Assembly: GCA_964590575.1 (NCBI GenBank) | Contig: CAZPWM010000089.1 | Location: 401-13,037 of the forward strand | From: an uncultured archaeon | Lineage (GTDB): Archaea > Asgardarchaeota > Thorarchaeia > Thorarchaeales > Thorarchaeaceae | Length of the DNA stretch: 12,637 bases | Direction: 5' to 3' | The notes under the pieces: model-generated | The model's database searches: none | Seen by the model: only the letters and a program-made list of their open reading frames with translations | Told to the model about the DNA's origin: nothing | Program-made: the position numbers and the translations under genes | Shown here: positions 8,001-12,637 of the stretch, piece by piece | Position numbering within the stretch: the stretch's first letter is position 1 | Layout of the letters: each line of letters opens with the position of its first letter

Positions 8001-8834
8001 TTGTTTATGCTGGATTACACTGAGATGCTAAAGCAGGCCCGAGAAGACACTGAGTGTGCTGTAGAGGTTTGGGCGGAGATTCTGCCACAATTCTTTGGTT
8101 CTCGACTGGAGTATGTCTATGCAAAAGGGTCTGCTTTGAAACCTTGGGATTCTCATATAGACTACGTTCCTACTATCAGTGATGTCGACATCCATGTAGG
8201 TTTCAAAGATGATGAACCACTTTTTGGGAACACTCCCAGCGATTTCGATATAGCAGTTGATCTATCTAGACAATGTGAAGAAGAATTCATCAAGCGACGA
8301 CCCAATCATCTGCATGTACCTCGCATGCAAGTAATAGAAACTCGATTCCTCTTGCAGATTGAAAAATACACTCCTCCTCGTCTTCAGGACATCCAAATAC
8401 TATATGGTGTTTCCCATCTCCAAGAACCACCATCTCCTGATATAATTCGTGCTGGTGACCTCGAGCGAATTTTCGACGACAAGGAATTCTTAGATGACTT
8501 GCCGCGACGGGTTCTTGATAGAACCGGACTAGATTGGTGGGCAATCATTCGAACAATGTGCTGGCGTGTTTCTCCGGCTCCTGTCAGGATTCTCACACAG
8601 AAACATCCAGACCCACTCGAGGTGTGGTCTTGGAACCGGACCACCATTCACAGAGAACTTTTGAAAGAAGGATATGATACAATTGCCTCCTACTATCATG
8701 GTTTCTATGACTCCGGATGGAACCTCTTTCTTTCGGAGTTCAAGGGTTTGAGTGAATTTCGTACTGTGGCCACTAATGGTTACAAACTTCTCATCGAATG
8801 TATGAAGGAAGCTACTAGTATCAGATCTAGGTAA
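8001..8834 (+). CDS. Putative Pol-beta-superfamily nucleotidyltransferase of unknown substrate
   Basis: 'YVYAKGSA' followed 16 residues later by 'SDVDIHV' fits hG[GS]-x(n)-DhDh. Apparently helical C-terminal half. The start may be ATG 8007. Confidence 0.65.
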   Translation: MFMLDYTEMLKQAREDTECAVEVWAEILPQFFGSRLEYVYAKGSALKPWDSHIDYVPTISDVDIHVGFKDDEPLFGNTPSDFDIAVDLSRQCEEEFIKRRPNHLHVPRMQVIETRFLLQIEKYTPPRLQDIQILYGVSHLQEPPSPDIIRAGDLERIFDDKEFLDDLPRRVLDRTGLDWWAIIRTMCWRVSPAPVRILTQKHPDPLEVWSWNRTTIHRELLKEGYDTIASYYHGFYDSGWNLFLSEFKGLSEFRTVATNGYKLLIECMKEATSIRSR

Positions 8835-8852
8835 AACAGAGCCCTCAATAAC

Positions 8853-9731
8853 CTAGAACTGTGAAAGTGCACCCTGTGCTCTGACATACCTCTCTGTGTA
8901 TTTGAACATAAGACTCCCTACAGCGATGAATAAAACATCAATGATTATCAGCGCTACTACAGCCTGAATGATTCCTGGAGCTAGGAAGCCATACATCAAG
9001 AACGATCGGAAGGCATCCACACTCCATGTGAGTGGAGACGCTAATGACACGTATTGAAGAATTGGTGGAAGGACTGCAATAGGGTATGAAATCGGTGCGA
9101 TTATGAGGAATATCTCTGATACTACTTCGATGATCATCCAGCCCTGTTTTGCTAAGAGGACAATGCACGTTAATGCAAACACAATTCCCTGCATCCCAAT
9201 TACTGCAAGTACGACTATTCCGAGTGCCGGAAACACACCCCAGAGATTCAATGTAGCTCCAAAAAACAGAACTGAAAAGATAAGTTGGAGAATCACACCA
9301 AGACCACCATGCTGGACATTGTGAAGCATTGTTCCCCAGACTATTGTATCTCTCCGTATTGGAGTTGTCATCAGAGTTTCAAGAGTACCAACATTCTGCT
9401 CTCTTCTGAATGCCATCCCTGTGCCCCAAAAGAGGCTCATGGCTAATCCCGAGAATGCGCTCCCAATAGCAATAAAGGTGACCCAATCCGTTGTTCCAGT
9501 GAATGTTTCGAACACAGATGATGTTGGACTACCTGCGACCGCTGTGCCTGCTAGGAGCATGGGTAGAAACCAAAGGAAAGGCATAACGATGAAATACAGC
9601 ACACTGAGAGGGTATGAGAACTCAACTCTCCACTGCTTGATTGCAAGAGCATTTGCAGCTCTGAGTTCTGCACGAATGCCATCTCGTTTGAGCATTAATT
9701 CATGTATGCCCGGCTTCTCTGTTTCTGTCAT
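8853..9731 (-). CDS. ABC-2 type exporter permease subunit 2
   Basis: About 6 TMs, 'FRREQNVGTLETLMTTPIRR' and 'YPIAVLPPILQYVSLASPLTW' ABC-2 motifs. Its ATG directly abuts the upstream stop (TAG-ATG). Confidence 0.9.
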   Translation of the reverse strand: MTETEKPGIHELMLKRDGIRAELRAANALAIKQWRVEFSYPLSVLYFIVMPFLWFLPMLLAGTAVAGSPTSSVFETFTGTTDWVTFIAIGSAFSGLAMSLFWGTGMAFRREQNVGTLETLMTTPIRRDTIVWGTMLHNVQHGGLGVILQLIFSVLFFGATLNLWGVFPALGIVVLAVIGMQGIVFALTCIVLLAKQGWMIIEVVSEIFLIIAPISYPIAVLPPILQYVSLASPLTWSVDAFRSFLMYGFLAPGIIQAVVALIIIDVLFIAVGSLMFKYTERYVRAQGALSQF

Positions 9732-10643
9732 CTAAAATCCTCCCATGCTGCCTCTCTGCTTCGTCCACTTCTCGCCGTAGTTGAAGATGGCAATTCCTAT
9801 GATCCAGAAGAAGATGAGAATCCCGCACATCAAAGCGATAGACTGTAAGAATTGGTATAAGTCGTATGTGCCAGTGATGGCCAGCTCTCTTACTACGACT
9901 ATTGCTATTGTCGAAGGAATCAAGTAAGCTGCAAATCTTGCTGGAGCAGGAAGGACTTGTAGTGGATAGGTGATTGGCGAAACCGTGAACACAGCATTGT
10001 TGATAAGTTCGGTCAGAACACTTGGGTCTTTGAAGACAAGTATCATGCCTGCTAGCATGAATCCAAATCCATAGAATGACATAATCATCAACAGCATAAT
10101 CACAGTAATGGGACCAATTGCCACCAGTGTATAGGAGACACCAAAGAGTGCCATGGACGTGAACAGCAGTATGAAGGCTGAAATTGTCGTCTGCACAGTG
10201 TCTGAGAATGCAGCACCTAGGAGGATACTGATCCTTGGAACAGGAGTTACGAAGAGTGGTTCCAGCGTGCCAGAGAACTGTTCCCATCGGAAATTATTAC
10301 CAATAGCCCAGATACTCGCATCTATGTATTTGAAAATGAACCAACCAATTACTGCGAACTTGAGGAAGTCGTCGAATCCTGAGATCTCCGCAAAGTATTC
10401 ACTTGTACCCGGTCCAGCTACTGCTGTCATCATAAGTAGGTATGGAGCCAGCCATAGAATTGGCAGGAGCCCCCAGATGAGCACATTTGTGGGGTATCGA
10501 ATTGCTATCCTGAGGTTCTTGACCGCGAATATTCGGGCGGCATTCCAGTCCATCATTCGTGGTCGGAAATTGGTAAGGTATCCATTTTCCATATCTTCCT
10601 GTCTTTCTTCTTCACTTGTCTGAAGGTCTTCACGAGTCTGCAT
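9732..10643 (-). CDS. ABC-2 type exporter permease subunit 1
   Basis: About 6 TMs, 'FRWEQFSGTLEPLFVTPVPR' and 'YPLQVLP...YLIPST'. Its start overlaps the ATPase stop (TGATG at 10641-10645). Confidence 0.9.
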   Translation of the reverse strand: MQTREDLQTSEEERQEDMENGYLTNFRPRMMDWNAARIFAVKNLRIAIRYPTNVLIWGLLPILWLAPYLLMMTAVAGPGTSEYFAEISGFDDFLKFAVIGWFIFKYIDASIWAIGNNFRWEQFSGTLEPLFVTPVPRISILLGAAFSDTVQTTISAFILLFTSMALFGVSYTLVAIGPITVIMLLMIMSFYGFGFMLAGMILVFKDPSVLTELINNAVFTVSPITYPLQVLPAPARFAAYLIPSTIAIVVVRELAITGTYDLYQFLQSIALMCGILIFFWIIGIAIFNYGEKWTKQRGSMGGF

Positions 10644-11635
10644 CAGTCCTCAATCCTCCGTCCCGTGAGTTTCAGAAAGACATCATCAAGTGTGGGCTCT
10701 TTAATCTCAAAATGCTCTACACGTGCATTCTGGTCTTGGTGAATGAGATTCAAAACATGATGCGCCAAATCATAGCCATTCTTTGCGGTGACTACCAACT
10801 CTGAGAACCCGTTTCGAGTTGTTGAGTTAGCTGACGTTACTCCAACAATGGCTCTAATCAGTTTGAGATCCGGATCCCCTCTTGTCTTAATGTGGATGCT
10901 ATCATAATCTCTCACATCCTCTTTTAGTTCCCTGGGGGAGCCAAAACTTTTTATCTCTCCCTCATTGATCAGAGCGATTTTATCACAGAGAAGGTCTGCC
11001 TCATGCATGTAATGAGTCGTCAGTAATATCGTCTTGTTTCTCAGCGAGTTCCGGATATACTTCCGAAGATCCGTAGCAAAGGTCGGGTCTAGCCCCTGAG
11101 TTGGTTCATCCAGTAGCAAGACCGGTGGATCATGGATGAGTGACCTAGCGAATACAATTTTCATCCTCATTCCGTGACTAAGCTCTTCTGCTTTGATGTC
11201 AGCTTTCTCTAGCAGCCCCATCTGTCCTAGTAGCTCGTCTGCTCGTTCCTTAGCCTCTCCCTGGTTCATTCGATAGAGCTTCGCGAAGAAGATGATGTTT
11301 TCTCGTGCGCTCAACTTCCAATAGATGCTTCGTTCATTTCCCTGACATACACCCATTGATGCCCTGGCGTATGTGGATTCCCGTAGCACATCATACCCGT
11401 GAATTCGTGCTGTTCCAGATGTTGGAAGGACAAGTGTTGCGAGACATTTGATCAGAGTTGTCTTACCAGCACCATTGGGTCCCAAGAGGCCGTAGATTTG
11501 ACCTTTCGGGATGTCCAAGGTGATGGATTTCAAAGCCTCAACTCTCGTTTTCTCAACGGGGATGATCACTGCCTTCTTCTTCACACTGATGAAGGTCTTT
11601 GAAAGGTTCTCTATTTCTACAGCATTTTGATTCAA
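10643..11635 (-). CDS. ABC exporter ATP-binding protein (DrrA/CcmA-like)
   Basis: Walker A GPNGAGKT, signature LSHGM, Walker B VLLLDEP, H-loop LTTH and DrrA-type C-terminus 'EPTLDDVFLKLTG'. TTG start with GGAGGT 8 nt upstream and an in-frame TAA two codons before it. Confidence 0.95.
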   Translation of the reverse strand: MNQNAVEIENLSKTFISVKKKAVIIPVEKTRVEALKSITLDIPKGQIYGLLGPNGAGKTTLIKCLATLVLPTSGTARIHGYDVLRESTYARASMGVCQGNERSIYWKLSARENIIFFAKLYRMNQGEAKERADELLGQMGLLEKADIKAEELSHGMRMKIVFARSLIHDPPVLLLDEPTQGLDPTFATDLRKYIRNSLRNKTILLTTHYMHEADLLCDKIALINEGEIKSFGSPRELKEDVRDYDSIHIKTRGDPDLKLIRAIVGVTSANSTTRNGFSELVVTAKNGYDLAHHVLNLIHQDQNARVEHFEIKEPTLDDVFLKLTGRRIED

Positions 11636-11688
11636 CGTTTAATACCTCCCCCAAATCGGGTGAGAGTTTTGGTGTTCGCATAGCCCAT
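11632..11688 (-). CDS. Putative uORF2 (MGYANTKTLTRFGGGIKR, 18 aa) overlapping the ABC ATPase start
   Basis: ATG 11688 to TGA 11632. The stop overlaps the TTG start by 4 nt (TTGA). SD-like GAGTGA 5 nt upstream. Confidence 0.3.
   Translation of the reverse strand: MGYANTKTLTRFGGGIKR
11644..11649 (-). promoter_or_regulatory. Shine-Dalgarno GGAGGT of the ABC ATPase
   Basis: Minus strand reads GGGGGAGGTATTAAACG-TTG. Confidence 0.75.
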
Positions 11689-11750
11689 TATGTTCACTCA
11701 GGTCTTGCTGAACCCGAGTGAGAAAAAATCACACGGGGGTTCATTCCCGT
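11646..11750 (-). promoter_or_regulatory. Structured 5' leader / putative attenuator of the ABC operon
   Basis: Hairpin ACGGG/CCCGT (11750-11733), T6 tract (11728-11723), 11-bp hairpin TCACTCGGGTT/GACCTGAGTGA (11721-11694), an alternative 12-bp pairing of 11743-11729 with 11721-11709, and an SD-sequestering hairpin (11666-11646). Confidence 0.5.
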
Positions 11751-11767
11751 TGTTTTGTTGTAAGCAT
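11741..11767 (-). CDS. Putative leader peptide uORF1 (MLTTKQRE)
   Basis: ATG CTT ACA ACA AAA CAA CGG GAA TGA, with SD-like AGGTG (11778-11774) 6 nt upstream. The last codons form the 5' arm of the first hairpin. Confidence 0.4.
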   Translation of the reverse strand: MLTTKQRE

Positions 11768-11800
11768 CCTAAACACCTAGAGTCGAGTGGGCAGCTCTTT

Positions 11801-11816
11801 GTATATGAATTTTACC
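11801..11816 (-). promoter_or_regulatory. Candidate archaeal BRE/TATA promoter for the ABC operon
   Basis: Minus strand GGTAAAATTCATATAC: a purine-rich run followed by a TATA-like box. This would place the TSS near 11780, just ahead of the uORF1 RBS. Confidence 0.35.
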
Positions 11817-11901
11817 ACAGGCATAGAATTGAAGTGGGATACTTATTTTTTCATTGTACATTCCGATAGTCTATTAGGTAAGCGCTAGAGTGCCTAAATC
11901 C

Positions 11902-12637
11902 ATGCAGGTATCCCCAGACTTGATTCTTGGTTCAACAATAGGTTTGATTGGCTCTGCTCTGTACGGTCTGTCAGTTGTGGTTTATCGTTCACAGGCTAGC
12001 GAAATCAATCCGGTTGCTGTCAGTTCAATCAAGATGTGGGTGGCTTTACCATTTATGACAATAATGACTTTACTTCTACCTGGATTGGAAGCAGCATTTC
12101 TCCCAATGGCAACGATTATGCTTCTGTCAATCTCAGTTCTATTAGGTGCTGTGTTTGGGGACACTATCTATCTCTGGAGCCAAGAACGAATTGGAGTTTC
12201 TTACGCCTTCCCCATCGCAATGTCATTTCCAATCATCACATTCTTTCTTACTGTGTGGTTTTTGGATGAACCCCTAATACTATCAAGACTTGCAGGAGCT
12301 ATAATCGCAGTCGTTGGTATAGTTTTGATTTCGAATGAGCAGAATAGAAATCAGAAGGACAGCGAAACACCGACAAAATTAGATATCTCGGGTATACTTG
12401 GAGCCGTCGTAACAGCATTTCTCTACGCAATTGGAACCACCGTGCTACAAGTTGGTATCGAGGGAGTTGATCCGATTGCAGGTAACCTAATCAGAACGAT
12501 TGTCGGTTCCATCGCTTTTATTCCAATGGTAGCAGTCGCTCAACTTGGTGGAATGAAACTGATATCCCAAAAGGCGATAGTCCGTGTGATTATTGCAGGC
12601 TTCTTCGGTATGGCAGTGGGGTCTCTTCTCTATGTGG
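11902..12637 (+). CDS. EamA/DMT family transporter, 3'-truncated by the window edge
   Basis: Hand translation from ATG 11902 (or in-frame GTG 11890) stays open to the window end: MQVSPDLILGSTIGLIGSALYG...GAVFGDTIYLWSQERIGVSYAFPIAMSFPIITFFLTVWFLDEPL...LAGAIIAVVGIVLIS. A hydrophilic linker follows, then a second repeat 'GILGAVVTAFLYAIG...VDPIAGNLIR'. Confidence 0.9.
   Translation, partial: MQVSPDLILGSTIGLIGSALYGLSVVVYRSQASEINPVAVSSIKMWVALPFMTIMTLLLPGLEAAFLPMATIMLLSISVLLGAVFGDTIYLWSQERIGVSYAFPIAMSFPIITFFLTVWFLDEPLILSRLAGAIIAVVGIVLISNEQNRNQKDSETPTKLDISGILGAVVTAFLYAIGTTVLQVGIEGVDPIAGNLIRTIVGSIAFIPMVAVAQLGGMKLISQKAIVRVIIAGFFGMAVGSLLYV

Noticed and set aside
8001-8834. CBASS CD-NTase or MNT-HEPN toxin-antitoxin
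   Set aside because: No adjacent effector, Cap2/Cap3 or HEPN (RxxxxH) gene. The gene stands alone between transporters.
11733-11761. Plus-strand intrinsic terminator (ACGGGGG-TTCA-TTCCCGT followed by TGTTTTGTTGT)
   Set aside because: This stem folds slightly better on the plus strand, but no plus-strand gene ends upstream of it. It could stop antisense transcription, but I have no support for that, so I treated it as part of the minus-strand leader.
2127-11767. RiPP / microcin C-like cluster (TldD/E + NTase + MFS/ABC exporters + tiny peptides)
   Set aside because: There is no ThiF/MccB, YcaO, radical SAM or lanthionine enzyme in the window. The uORF peptides lack the C-terminal Asn of MccA, and gene orientations are mixed.
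11636-11900. tRNA, known riboswitch, CRISPR repeat or MITE in the long intergenic region
   Set aside because: No cloverleaf or T-loop consensus, no Rfam motif I recognise, no spaced direct repeats, and no terminal inverted repeats with target duplication. An Infernal/Rfam scan would be decisive.
1209-12269. Other short ORFs in the track (1209-1577, 1565-1810, 2750-3471, 4110-4874, 6554-7858, 8290-8647, 8938-9735, 9700-10287, 10153-10804, 11399-11602, 11982-12269)
   Set aside because: All overlap well-supported genes, either antisense or in another frame, and show no recognisable motifs.

Overview
Gene-dense, archaeal-looking chromosomal segment. The Rab-like small GTPase without a prenylation tail, GGAGG/GGTGA-type RBSs, 1-nt stop/start overlaps and absence of introns point by inference to an Asgard archaeon, possibly Thorarchaeia. 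Left to right: a truncated polytopic membrane protein (-, absent from the ORF track), a WCGDC thioredoxin-like protein (-), a Rab-like GTPase (+), a tldD-pmbA/tldE protease pair (-), an HtpX/M48 membrane zinc protease with a large insertion carrying an EF-hand-like loop (+), a DHA2-type MFS exporter (-), a Pol-beta-superfamily nucleotidyltransferase (+), a three-gene ABC-2/DrrAB-like exporter operon (-) and a truncated EamA/DMT transporter (+, absent from the ORF track). The most unusual element is the ~180-nt region upstream of the ABC operon (11632-11810). It holds an 8-codon uORF with an RBS, mutually exclusive hairpins around a T6 tract, a second 18-codon uORF overlapping the TTG start, and a hairpin that sequesters the RBS. 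Together these resemble a bacterial-style leader-peptide attenuator. I saw no rRNA, tRNA, CRISPR array or mobile element.
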